A DNA stretch of 52,201 nucleotides from positions 1 through 52,201 of the IMG/VR virus record IMGVR_UViG_3300045970_000109, one strand, 5' to 3'. How positions within the stretch are numbered: the stretch's first letter is position 1; each line of letters begins with the position of its first letter. The notes beneath the pieces were generated by a model that was not told the DNA's origin, did not search any database, and saw only the letters and a program-made list of their open reading frames with translations. Positions 28,514 through 36,684 of the stretch are shown here, in pieces. The translations under genes were made by a program, and so were the position numbers. The stretch is from a virus (taxonomy: Duplodnaviria; Caudoviricetes).

Positions 28514-28570
28514 CAAGACGCCTCTTTTTTCTATTAACAGTAGAATGAGGTTGGTTGCTGATGGCATCTT
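28514..28570 (-). ncRNA. CAGCAA-stem (Y-like) RNA copy carrying an Asn anticodon arm
   Basis: AAGATGCC-AT-CAGCAAC ... TTCTA-CTGTTAA-TAGAA ... GGCGTCTTG. Confidence 0.75.
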
Positions 28571-28581
28571 CTTGATATATT

Positions 28582-28627
28582 CTAGATCCATTCTCTACAT
28601 GGGCGAGGAATATGCTGTGAGGATCTG
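28582..28627 (-). ncRNA. CAGCAA-stem (Y-like) RNA copy
   Basis: CAGATCC-TCA-CAGCATA ... GGATCTAG. Confidence 0.65.
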
Positions 28628-28632
28628 GTCGT

Positions 28633-28764
28633 TCAGTTGATAGTGATTACTTCATCATCGTCATCTTCAATTTCTTTGATGTGAGCTTCTTGCTCTTCGA
28701 TGACTTTCTTGCTGTTGTCGTTCCACTGTTCTTGATCAGTGGGCTTGGTTTCATTTGATTCCAT
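28633..28764 (-). CDS. small acidic protein (43 aa)
   Basis: own translation MESNETKPT...IEDDDDEVITIN; GGAGG RBS. Confidence 0.55.
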   Translation of the reverse strand: MESNETKPTDQEQWNDNSKKVIEEQEAHIKEIEDDDDEVITIN

Positions 28765-28788
28765 ATTGCCTCCGTGGGTTGTAAGATT

Positions 28789-28866
28789 TGGCTCCCGCTG
28801 TAAGATTCGAACTTACGATAGGCACATTAACAGTGTGCTGCTTTAACCGGGCTAAGCTAAGCGGGA
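28789..28866 (-). tRNA. tRNA-Asn(GTT)
   Basis: GCACA-CTGTTAA-TGTGC arm, G73, CCA. Confidence 0.93.
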
Positions 28867-28872
28867 ATAAAC

Positions 28873-29271
28873 TTACTGCTGGTCCCAGTTGGCTGGGAGT
28901 CCATTGGTATAAACTTCACAATCCTCGACCTTATCGGTCTGGAAGTACTTCATACCACGAAGAATGAACTCGGGCAGGAAGGCTTTGAAGATACCAGGGA
29001 AGGGAGTATTGGTACCAGCCATAAGACGGCCAAAGGCAATCTCACGGGCCAGCTGGGCATTGAACGCGTCATGGCTAGCACACTTGCTCCAGCCAATACG
29101 AATCACTCCAGTCTCATCCTTACCAGCCACGACATAGCCAATCTTACGGCGATGAGTCTCAGGCTGACCATTCTTCTTGTACTTCGGCTTGTTATAGACC
29201 CACTGGCAGATGGTATCGCCAGGGCAAAACAGGTTGGAACTAGTAGTGACGGAATCGGTGTTCTGGTTCAT
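28873..29271 (-). CDS. hypothetical phage protein
   Basis: 132 aa ORF with AGGAGG. Confidence 0.7.
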   Translation of the reverse strand: MNQNTDSVTTSSNLFCPGDTICQWVYNKPKYKKNGQPETHRRKIGYVVAGKDETGVIRIGWSKCASHDAFNAQLAREIAFGRLMAGTNTPFPGIFKAFLPEFILRGMKYFQTDKVEDCEVYTNGLPANWDQQ

Positions 29272-29313
29272 GATGAACCTCCTAAGTAGAATTAGGGTTA
29301 AAGGAAGGTTGTA

Positions 29314-29799
29314 TTACAGAGTAACGTTGTACTTCGTAGGGTTCTTAGCAAGCTTGCGTCGAACACTCTTGTTATTGAGGTTCGGATTGCTAACAACTTT
29401 CTTCTCGTTGCGTGTCCACATACCCTGATGAGGATGAGCCTGGACAGTGAATGTTACATCACTATACTTGAACTCCTTACCAGGAACGTGATTAGCCTTA
29501 GATGCTAGGTAGTTAGCCATAACATCTTCAAGCTTCTTAGCCTGAGCCTTATGCTCGTAGTCTTCAGGAGACATAGCAGGGAGATCAACTCCATCTGCTT
29601 CAAGAGCATCAAAAGTCTCAGCAACCTGACTGAGTTCAGAACTCATTTCTGTATTGATCTTGTGGGCTTCGATTTCATCGTCAATGATATGAGCAGTAAT
29701 CTCATCATTGACAATATGGGCCTCATGCTCGGCAGTCATTACTTCTGCAAGCTGTTCTGCTTCTTCGATAGTGATGTTGCTGTTGATCTTGGTATCCAT
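29314..29799 (-). CDS. hypothetical protein with three 9-aa repeats
   Basis: AHIVNDEIT-AHIIDDEIE-AHKINTEMS. Confidence 0.65.
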   Translation of the reverse strand: MDTKINSNITIEEAEQLAEVMTAEHEAHIVNDEITAHIIDDEIEAHKINTEMSSELSQVAETFDALEADGVDLPAMSPEDYEHKAQAKKLEDVMANYLASKANHVPGKEFKYSDVTFTVQAHPHQGMWTRNEKKVVSNPNLNNKSVRRKLAKNPTKYNVTL

Positions 29800-29825
29800 G
29801 ATACCTCCAGAAAGGTTGTGGTGGT

Positions 29826-29903
29826 TGGTAGCGGGTGAGGGAGTTGAACCCTCGAATCTTCAGTTTATGAGACTGACGCACTCCCGGCTGTGCCATACCC
29901 GCG
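29826..29903 (-). tRNA. tRNA-Met(CAT), initiator-like C1:U72 mismatch
   Basis: TCAGT-CTCATAA-ACTGA arm, CGCGGGT/ACCCGCT-A-CCA. Confidence 0.85.
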
Positions 29904-29927
29904 CTAGATTAATTATATCGGAAGAAG

Positions 29928-30335
29928 TTACTGACTATCCAGTGTTACTGGAAATTCAGGAAGTTTTCTTTCAATAGGTGGTTCCCAAGCTACTTTAACC
30001 TGTTCAACATTAGCAGGTTTGATGGCTTGATTGCGACTCTCAATATTAAACCAAGTGCCGCGATTGTAGAAGAACTGCTTGTAATCACCGTTCTTGTACT
30101 TAAGATAGATGTCCAAGACCTCAGTCTTACGACTGACACTATACTTGTATGCGACAAGATCACCAAAAAGCACAGGCTCTCTACTAGTGCCTGGGTAGAA
30201 GGTAAGAATCAACTCGTAGAGTTGAGGCTCTGTGGGAACTACCTCCTTGGCAGCAGCCTCACAAGAATGACAATCCCCACAAGTACAAGGACCCTGTGGC
30301 TGGGGTTTAAAGAAATTTTTGAGACCTTCGAACAT
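29928..30335 (-). CDS. hypothetical protein
   Basis: start MFEG after AGGAG. Confidence 0.6.
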   Translation of the reverse strand: MFEGLKNFFKPQPQGPCTCGDCHSCEAAAKEVVPTEPQLYELILTFYPGTSREPVLFGDLVAYKYSVSRKTEVLDIYLKYKNGDYKQFFYNRGTWFNIESRNQAIKPANVEQVKVAWEPPIERKLPEFPVTLDSQ

Positions 30336-30343
30336 TCTTGCTC

Positions 30344-30607
30344 CTATTCGTTGATGTAAACACTCATGAAGCCTTCGCTCCAACAGAGGTTAGTTGTGTA
30401 CTTACCATCCGCATCATCTGCGTTCTTGGCTTTCGGGTAAGGATTAGAGGAGAGAGGAAGGCGTTTTTTACGGGCCTCTGTGCCCTCCTGATAGGCCTTT
30501 AAGAGATTCTCTTCCGTATCGGCAAAGAACATGCCTCGGGTGGCTTCCGATTCATTCTCAAGCGTCTTTAGAAGAAGCTGGAACATCGGTTGTTGAGTTT
30601 GTGACAT
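30344..30607 (-). CDS. Rmf/CrpP-fold-like small protein
   Basis: AYQEG..A......SNPY...W.EGF. Confidence 0.55.
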   Translation of the reverse strand: MSQTQQPMFQLLLKTLENESEATRGMFFADTEENLLKAYQEGTEARKKRLPLSSNPYPKAKNADDADGKYTTNLCWSEGFMSVYINE

Positions 30608-30609
30608 TA

Positions 30610-30849
30610 TTAATACCTCGATCCTGAGAGGTAACCTTCTAACCAGCAGTCATAACGACTCCAGATAGCGTTACCACCTTCTGTGTTGTAGGGATTCTCA
30701 TTGGGACCAGCACCACTGAACCACGCTGTTCTGCCTTCTTCGAAGGCTTCAGAGTAATTATCCGCAATAAGCTTCTTAGTAGGCGTATAAAGATACGGAT
30801 TGCTGTAAAACTTAACTACCTGACTTTCTAGTACCTTGGACGAATCCAT
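30610..30849 (-). CDS. Rmf/CrpP-fold-like small protein
   Basis: AFEEG..A...G.....NPY...WLEGY. Confidence 0.6.
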   Translation of the reverse strand: MDSSKVLESQVVKFYSNPYLYTPTKKLIADNYSEAFEEGRTAWFSGAGPNENPYNTEGGNAIWSRYDCWLEGYLSGSRY

Positions 30850-30950
30850 GTTTTCTCCAGTGTAAGAATCGTCAAAATGACGAAATTAACGCTTCGGTTG
30901 GTGTCTCGAAAATACGACTATGTATATGAGCCCGTGTGACAGGAGGGTTA

Positions 30951-31202
30951 CTATATATTACTAGATATAGATAATATATAGACCTGACTTCTAGGATCAT
31001 CCTGCTCTTCTAATCCCTCAACTGCCTCATACAAGCAAAGGCCTTTGAGTAATTGAAGTTCAGTCATACCAAGCACCGTTGCTTTAGGATGATCTTGACC
31101 TAGTTTGGTATCCCTCAAGTATTCTTCTACATACTCGACGCTTAGGTCATATTCTCTTGCAAAGTCAGCGTGAGTCTTGTAGAATAGGGTTTGGAGAATC
31201 AT
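30951..31202 (-). CDS. hypothetical protein
   Basis: 83 aa ORF. Confidence 0.5.
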   Translation of the reverse strand: MILQTLFYKTHADFAREYDLSVEYVEEYLRDTKLGQDHPKATVLGMTELQLLKGLCLYEAVEGLEEQDDPRSQVYILSISSNI

Positions 31203-31347
31203 CTGAATATACCTCTAAGAAGTACTAATGCGAGGTTGGCAAGAAACAAACTGCCAGCCAATGGTATGTAATCAGGTCTAGTATGATTGAACAGTCTAAA
31301 GAACAACCACTGACCTAACCCAACTAATGCGGACATCAAAATGAGTC

Positions 31348-31959
31348 CTAAGAATACTCCTGCAGACATAAATCCTCCGTATTTATGATTTGGTAAGGAC
31401 CTCTTACACCAGCATTGTATTTAGCAGCCGTTCTAAACGCTGTTATCAAGTGCTGGTCTGGGAGCATCGTTTCGTTGAGGTTAGTGGTAGCTTCAAGAGA
31501 ACCTATCGCATACTCGCCTCCTCCACCTATTGCCAAGAATGGCATGTCTATCTCTGCTACATCGAAATCTTCGCCCACCTGAAACATCTTGTCTCGGATG
31601 CTAATAAGGAAGGAAGCCGGTGATAATGATGGCTCAGCCTCAGTGTTCTTTCTTTCAGGATCTTCTACTAGCATACCTTCTGTGTGCAGGACTTTAAAAA
31701 GTTTCCCGCAGAATACGGTGGAGATATATTCTAGTAGTTGATCATTCCTCAACTTCTTCGTTGTAGGAAGCTTCAATTTGAATTGAATTATCTGAAAGAT
31801 GCGGCAACCCACTGTGGTCATGCCGATTATCATTTCTTCTTTCACTATTAGTTTGCTAGAGGCTCGTTTAATCATTTGATATGAGCCAGTATCCAGGAAG
31901 ATACTGTCACACCCCATGTAAATCTTGCCATCTGCTTTCAATGCAGCAATTACAGTCAT
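31348..31959 (-). CDS. HslV/proteasome-beta-like Ntn protease
   Basis: N-terminal Thr2, MGCDS, SKL, AIGGGGEYAIGSL, VRGPY. Confidence 0.8.
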   Translation of the reverse strand: MTVIAALKADGKIYMGCDSIFLDTGSYQMIKRASSKLIVKEEMIIGMTTVGCRIFQIIQFKLKLPTTKKLRNDQLLEYISTVFCGKLFKVLHTEGMLVEDPERKNTEAEPSLSPASFLISIRDKMFQVGEDFDVAEIDMPFLAIGGGGEYAIGSLEATTNLNETMLPDQHLITAFRTAAKYNAGVRGPYQIINTEDLCLQEYS

Positions 31960-31992
31960 ATTACCCTCAAGTAGTCCACAAGTATATATCGA

Positions 31993-32277
31993 CTATTGGG
32001 TATCAACCTCTACTTTGTATTCATGCATCTCACATTCACCATGCTCTGTCCAACCAGAATAAGCTCGTTTACCACCTTGAGCTATCTCGCCCATACAAAT
32101 CCACCCTTTAGGCTCATTGCAATGGCATTTCTGCCTAGGGTCTTTTGCTGGTAACTTTACTGTTGTACAGTGGTGAAAGTCCTGAATGTGGTGTTTGCAG
32201 TTACAGCAGCAGTTATGAGGTCTGGTATTAAGATCTTCGATACAACGATGTGCCTCTACAATCTCACACGGTTTCAT
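31993..32277 (-). CDS. Cys/His-rich small protein
   Basis: CCCNCKHH ... HGECEMH. Confidence 0.55.
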   Translation of the reverse strand: MKPCEIVEAHRCIEDLNTRPHNCCCNCKHHIQDFHHCTTVKLPAKDPRQKCHCNEPKGWICMGEIAQGGKRAYSGWTEHGECEMHEYKVEVDTQ

Positions 32278-33631
32278 GATCGGTATCTACCTCTTCTTCA
32301 TCTGCCAAGCTCTGTTCAGATTCCAAGTCAACTAGACCCTTATCCAGATCCTTGGTTTCCTTATCCAAGAAGGCAAAGTTCTTCAGTTTATAAGCAGGGC
32401 ACTCAAAAAGGCCGTCTACTCTTACGACGATACCTTCTTCCCAAACATCACCACTATTCAGCGGACATTTTCTATCACGCATGTAATCGGCTTCCAACTT
32501 AGCCAAGAAGTTTTGATTCCAATGCTGCTCAAGAGGAATGTCAGGGCAGTAATCCTTAGCTTTACCATAGTAGAACTCCGTTACATGTTTGATTCCGTAT
32601 TTATTGCAATATTCCTTGATCTGCGGCCAGGAGAACTCAATCACCTGTCCCGCAGCATTAGTAGAGGTAATGCGATAAACGTAAACCTCATGTTCGTTAG
32701 GGCGTGTGCCATAGTGGTAGCCTTTTTGGATCCAAGCTCCTGTTGGAAGCTGACCTACAGCTTCGCCGTATAGAGTGATACCATCCTGAATGCTACTCTT
32801 AAGGTAATCTGCGATCACGCCCCACAAGTCAAAGTTGTAAAAGCCGCTATTAACAGTTGTGTTAATATACTTGTTCTTAACAACAGTACGACTTGAATAG
32901 ATGACATCGTATTTGGTATTATTAAAAGCTGTTGGAACGAACTTGGTAAAGATGGACTTCCACCAGGGGAGTGGCTCCTTAGTAAGAACCTTACCAACAA
33001 CCCAAGAAGTACCATGAATCTTGTTAGTAATGCTGATCATGTCCTCTGGATTGAGCTTGTGTGCATTGCGGCGAAGGTTTTCGGTGTCAATGTGCAGTCT
33101 GAACTGATTCTCCACCAGACGATCAAACTTATTGACCTTCTTCTTATCCTTCTGCTTCTGTGTGCCAGACTCTTTTACGCGAATGACATACTTGCAGCAG
33201 ATTTCATGCCCGAGGATCTTATCGAAGTCAACACCCTTAACGATGTAGGGTTCAAGTTCCTTAGCGCGGGTGATATCAATCATGATGTAATTGAGACAGG
33301 CAATAGGCATGAACAAGCCTTCCGACTTATGACCACGGAACTTCATGGTCTTAATGCGCCTGTTTTCTTCAAAGTAACCCTTCTTGGTTACATCCCTATT
33401 GAGTTCAGCCTTACGATAAAGGTTGTTCTCGCCAACAAAATCATGACTAAGCTGTGTCTCAGCAGGGAAGAACAAACCAAGATCACCAACCTTGGTATCT
33501 TTCCCAACAATTACGCTGTTACCAAAGATAATAGCAGCGACAACATTGTCACAATTTTCCAGCTCAACTAGCTTTTCAATCTCAACCAGTGTGGCGCAGT
33601 AGTTAGGATTGATTGGTTTTTCAAGGCTCAT
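32264..33631 (-). CDS. ATP-dependent RNA ligase (Rnl2/DRB0094-like) with N-terminal OB fold
   Basis: KIHGTS, LYGE, EEGIVVR, YKLK; N-terminal KFRGHKSEGLFMP. Confidence 0.85.
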   Translation of the reverse strand: MSLEKPINPNYCATLVEIEKLVELENCDNVVAAIIFGNSVIVGKDTKVGDLGLFFPAETQLSHDFVGENNLYRKAELNRDVTKKGYFEENRRIKTMKFRGHKSEGLFMPIACLNYIMIDITRAKELEPYIVKGVDFDKILGHEICCKYVIRVKESGTQKQKDKKKVNKFDRLVENQFRLHIDTENLRRNAHKLNPEDMISITNKIHGTSWVVGKVLTKEPLPWWKSIFTKFVPTAFNNTKYDVIYSSRTVVKNKYINTTVNSGFYNFDLWGVIADYLKSSIQDGITLYGEAVGQLPTGAWIQKGYHYGTRPNEHEVYVYRITSTNAAGQVIEFSWPQIKEYCNKYGIKHVTEFYYGKAKDYCPDIPLEQHWNQNFLAKLEADYMRDRKCPLNSGDVWEEGIVVRVDGLFECPAYKLKNFAFLDKETKDLDKGLVDLESEQSLADEEEVDTDHETV

Positions 33632-33864
33632 GTTGCCCCCTTTTGGGAATTAAATGTATGGATAATGATAGACGGAACCCACCAGATGATAGAAGGAGAA
33701 CCACCAATGGGCAGGGCTCTTTCTTTATCTTGCAGCTTTTGAGTGTTGTAAGACGGTATAAGATGGAACACTTAAAAGCCTCAAGCCAGCGCACTTGTTC
33801 ATGTGCAATCTGTGCTGAGGCTGACAAGTTATTAGGTGAAGCTAGTAAACCCAAGTGGGGTTAA

Positions 33865-33939
33865 TGGAGCGGGTAGCCGAACTTGAATCGGTCTTCTTCA
33901 GCTTGGAAGGCTGAGGCACAACCTATATACCATACCCGC
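33865..33939 (-). tRNA. tRNA-Gly(TCC)
   Basis: TCAGC-CTTCCAA-GCTGA arm, U73, CCA. Confidence 0.92.
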
Positions 33940-33942
33940 AAG

Positions 33943-34019
33943 TGGAGCCGCCTCCCGGATTCCAACCGGGGACCTGAGGTTTACAAAACCACTGCTCTAA
34001 GCAACTGAGCTAAGGCGGC
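33943..34019 (-). tRNA. tRNA-Thr(TGT)
   Basis: GTGGT-TTTGTAA-ACCTC arm, CCA. Confidence 0.9.
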
Positions 34020-34038
34020 ACAACATTTGTATCGGACA

Positions 34039-34791
34039 CTAAAGTCTAATCTCTAGTATCTTTACATCCTGTGGGTTATTGGTTTTTAGTTCGCTTGGAT
34101 AACCGATAGGGTTGCGAACAATCCTAGTGTTACCAAACATAATGTCCTGTCTGTCATGGCTATGTCCGTGGAACCAGATCTTAGGTTTCAGATCTAGGAT
34201 TATGTCTCCTACATTAGCCACATAAAGACAATTGTAACTGTCTGCCTGAAACTGCTCACTAACACATTCCCACACTGGAAGCATGTGGCTAACAACAATA
34301 TCACCTTCATTTATATTCTCACAAAGGTGTTTTCGTTCTTCTACATTGAAGTCTTCCCACCACTTCATAAAGCCTCTGATGTAAGCAGTATCGCTCCAGT
34401 TCATCAGCTTCTTTCTAACTAGTGGGTTATCTGGATACCAGCAAGTAGTTCCAACAAACCGCATACCCTCATACTCAAAGGCTTTGTAATAGTTAGGTCC
34501 AAGAACTCTAAGGCCTTCTTTGTTAAGAGCATCAAGCATGTCTAATCCGTTGGTCTTTGGGCTAGTCCCATACCACTCATGATTACCTGGGACATACACA
34601 ATCTCTATAGCCCACTTCCTGAACTCATCTAGGTAAATCAGGCAAATATCATTGTGTAATGACCAAATATCCCCAGCTAATACCAAGACATCAGCTATCT
34701 CAACTGGTCTGATATACTCAAGGAACTTGATTGCAGCATTTACATCCCTGTAATGTTCCAGGTGGATATCGCTTAACTCGTAGAGTAGCAT
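34039..34791 (-). CDS. calcineurin-like metallophosphoesterase
   Basis: SDIHLE, LAGD, GNHE, SHMLP, HGHSH. Confidence 0.9.
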   Translation of the reverse strand: MLLYELSDIHLEHYRDVNAAIKFLEYIRPVEIADVLVLAGDIWSLHNDICLIYLDEFRKWAIEIVYVPGNHEWYGTSPKTNGLDMLDALNKEGLRVLGPNYYKAFEYEGMRFVGTTCWYPDNPLVRKKLMNWSDTAYIRGFMKWWEDFNVEERKHLCENINEGDIVVSHMLPVWECVSEQFQADSYNCLYVANVGDIILDLKPKIWFHGHSHDRQDIMFGNTRIVRNPIGYPSELKTNNPQDVKILEIRL

Positions 34792-34850
34792 AGAGTTATC
34801 CTTTATTTTAGATTTACACAATTAATTATTAGATACACAAGGTGAACATT

Positions 34851-35486
34851 ATGGGTAGACCAAGTCGGGGAACATTAAAACCATTATTAGAAGAAACACC
34901 AGAAGCTTATTATTGGATGGGTTTCTTATTAGCAGATGGGCATTTTTCAGAGAAGCGTTTAGCAGTATGCTTAGCTAAACACGATGAAGAACACCTTATT
35001 AAATTAAGTCAGTTTTTAGCTAATTCTAATGGTTTATTCCCAGCTGTCAATACATATGACAAAGGCACTAATAGTAGACTCGGTGTTTGGGATATAGATA
35101 ATATGAAACTACTCAAACAACGCTGGGGTATTGTTAATAATAAAACCATATCTCCACCAGACATTAGTTGGGTTAGTTCAGACAATCTTATTCCTGTTTT
35201 AATTGGATTTATTGATGGTGATGGCTGTATTCAGAAGCAATCAAAGAGAACTAACTCCAAGATCTCAATTAAAAATCATATTTCTTGGGTGTCTTTTCTC
35301 CAACAACTATCTGATAATATCCACCAACGATTTGATGCAGTCTCACCAAAAGCCCACATAAACAACTCTGGGTATGTTATTCTTAATATATGTAGATACT
35401 CTATTGTTAATCAGCTTAAGCTCTATTCTAACTCTCTCCCAGTAATGTCTCGAAAATGGGATATAATAGATGAGTTTAGCTCCTAA
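34851..35486 (+). CDS. LAGLIDADG homing endonuclease
   Basis: YWMGFLLADG and LIGFIDGDG. Confidence 0.88.
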   Translation: MGRPSRGTLKPLLEETPEAYYWMGFLLADGHFSEKRLAVCLAKHDEEHLIKLSQFLANSNGLFPAVNTYDKGTNSRLGVWDIDNMKLLKQRWGIVNNKTISPPDISWVSSDNLIPVLIGFIDGDGCIQKQSKRTNSKISIKNHISWVSFLQQLSDNIHQRFDAVSPKAHINNSGYVILNICRYSIVNQLKLYSNSLPVMSRKWDIIDEFSS

Positions 35487-35779
35487 TTGCTTGCGACATA
35501 CAGTCTTTTGACTGAAAATGTAGTCCCGGCGCACAATCTCGCCATAGATGCGGCTAACGACTCCCAATTATTGCTTGTGGGCCATCCGTCTTTACTTCCA
35601 GTCGGCATTAGAGCGAATTGAGTTAGCCCATTAGTGCCAGTGATTACAGGCTTAGTTAGTAGGTGTCCTAACTCAAGCTGATTGGCATATTCAGATACCT
35701 TCTTGTGAAGCTCTTCTGTCTCTTCGGCTGTAGCTCTAAAGCTACCAACCCATAGTAATTCTACTGTTATCTGTCCCAT
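35483..35779 (-). CDS. hypothetical protein
   Basis: 98 aa ORF. Confidence 0.55.
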   Translation of the reverse strand: MGQITVELLWVGSFRATAEETEELHKKVSEYANQLELGHLLTKPVITGTNGLTQFALMPTGSKDGWPTSNNWESLAASMARLCAGTTFSVKRLYVASN

Positions 35780-35788
35780 GGTATCCCC

Positions 35789-36034
35789 TCAACGCACTCT
35801 GCGTAATTGTCGTGGCCTTAAATGATTACACCCTACATAAAGCATTGCTCGTCCACTTGGTGAGCGTTTCCAACCCCTACGAAGTTGGGATAGCTTCTGC
35901 CAGCGTCTATAAGGTTTCGGATAATTTGCCATATGTCCTCCAATGACTAAATGCCCACCTATGTATGAAGTCCAGCCTCTTTCCACGTTTGAAGTGTGGT
36001 GATTGCAAGGACCATCTTCAACATAGATGGGCAT
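35789..36034 (-). CDS. hypothetical basic protein
   Basis: 81 aa ORF, no clear RBS. Confidence 0.4.
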   Translation of the reverse strand: MPIYVEDGPCNHHTSNVERGWTSYIGGHLVIGGHMANYPKPYRRWQKLSQLRRGWKRSPSGRAMLYVGCNHLRPRQLRRVR

Positions 36035-36039
36035 TTACT

Positions 36040-36350
36040 AGTCTTGCTTGAAGCCTTTCCAGAAGCTCCCGATTCGTAGTCGGGCGGTCTAGCTTACACT
36101 TGATATGTGCTTACATCAGCATGACTTGCTATTTGTAGTCTGTGTCATACTCCAATCAAGTAGGAGGGACGTTCGGTTGTTAGATGCGGATCTAATGCTC
36201 ACCCGAAGACTTACGTCAACAGCGTAACCACTTGAAGTATCATTGGTGGGCCAGTCTTGAGAACTAGATCAAGGTCAACTTCTTCAGTGGTATTGGTTCG
36301 CCTGAAGTATCAGATATCTACTCCCAGCTACAATGCCGGGCAATGTCTCA
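36040..36350 (-). ncRNA. putative structured ncRNA
   Basis: dense run of hairpins, no ORF. Confidence 0.45.
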
Positions 36351-36357
36351 ACTATCA

Positions 36358-36534
36358 TCAGCGATTTGTGTGCCTGTACTTGGTAGTAACAGGTTGTGGT
36401 TTCTCTATAAGAGCATTACAGTCTGGGTGATTGTATTCACCATCTAAGGCTTGTGCCTGTTCGATAAGACTAAGCTCTTCTAGATCTATTTCTTTTTTGC
36501 AATTAGCGCAAAGAGGATTCTTTTCCTTTGCCAC
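36358..36534 (-). CDS. small zinc-finger protein (58 aa)
   Basis: own translation (GTG start) MAKEKNPLCANCKK...YNHPDC. Confidence 0.55.
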   Translation of the reverse strand: MAKEKNPLCANCKKEIDLEELSLIEQAQALDGEYNHPDCNALIEKPQPVTTKYRHTNR

Positions 36535-36574
36535 TTACATTCCTACTCGGATCATCATTTCTCCAGGTTATATA

Positions 36575-36619
36575 CTAGACTCGTTTTAGCGATTGGGTTG
36601 GATGCAGTTGTAGAGTCTA
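36575..36619 (-). ncRNA. CAGCAA-stem (Y-like) RNA copy
   Basis: TAGACTC-TACAA-CTGCATC ... GAGTCTAG. Confidence 0.65.
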
Positions 36620-36629
36620 TAACTTAATT

Positions 36630-36679
36630 CTAGGCCCATCTTCATCAGCATAAGATTGGGTGTTTGCAGTAAGGGCCTA
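36630..36679 (-). ncRNA. CAGCAA-stem (Y-like) RNA copy
   Basis: TAGGCCC-TTA-CTGCAAAC ... GGGCCTAG. Confidence 0.7.
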
Positions 36680-36684
36680 ATGTA

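Noticed and set aside
33621-33864. Short ORFs at 33613/33621, 45089 and 47714
   Set aside because: No RBS or motif, or they overlap tRNA/ncRNA genes or better ORFs.
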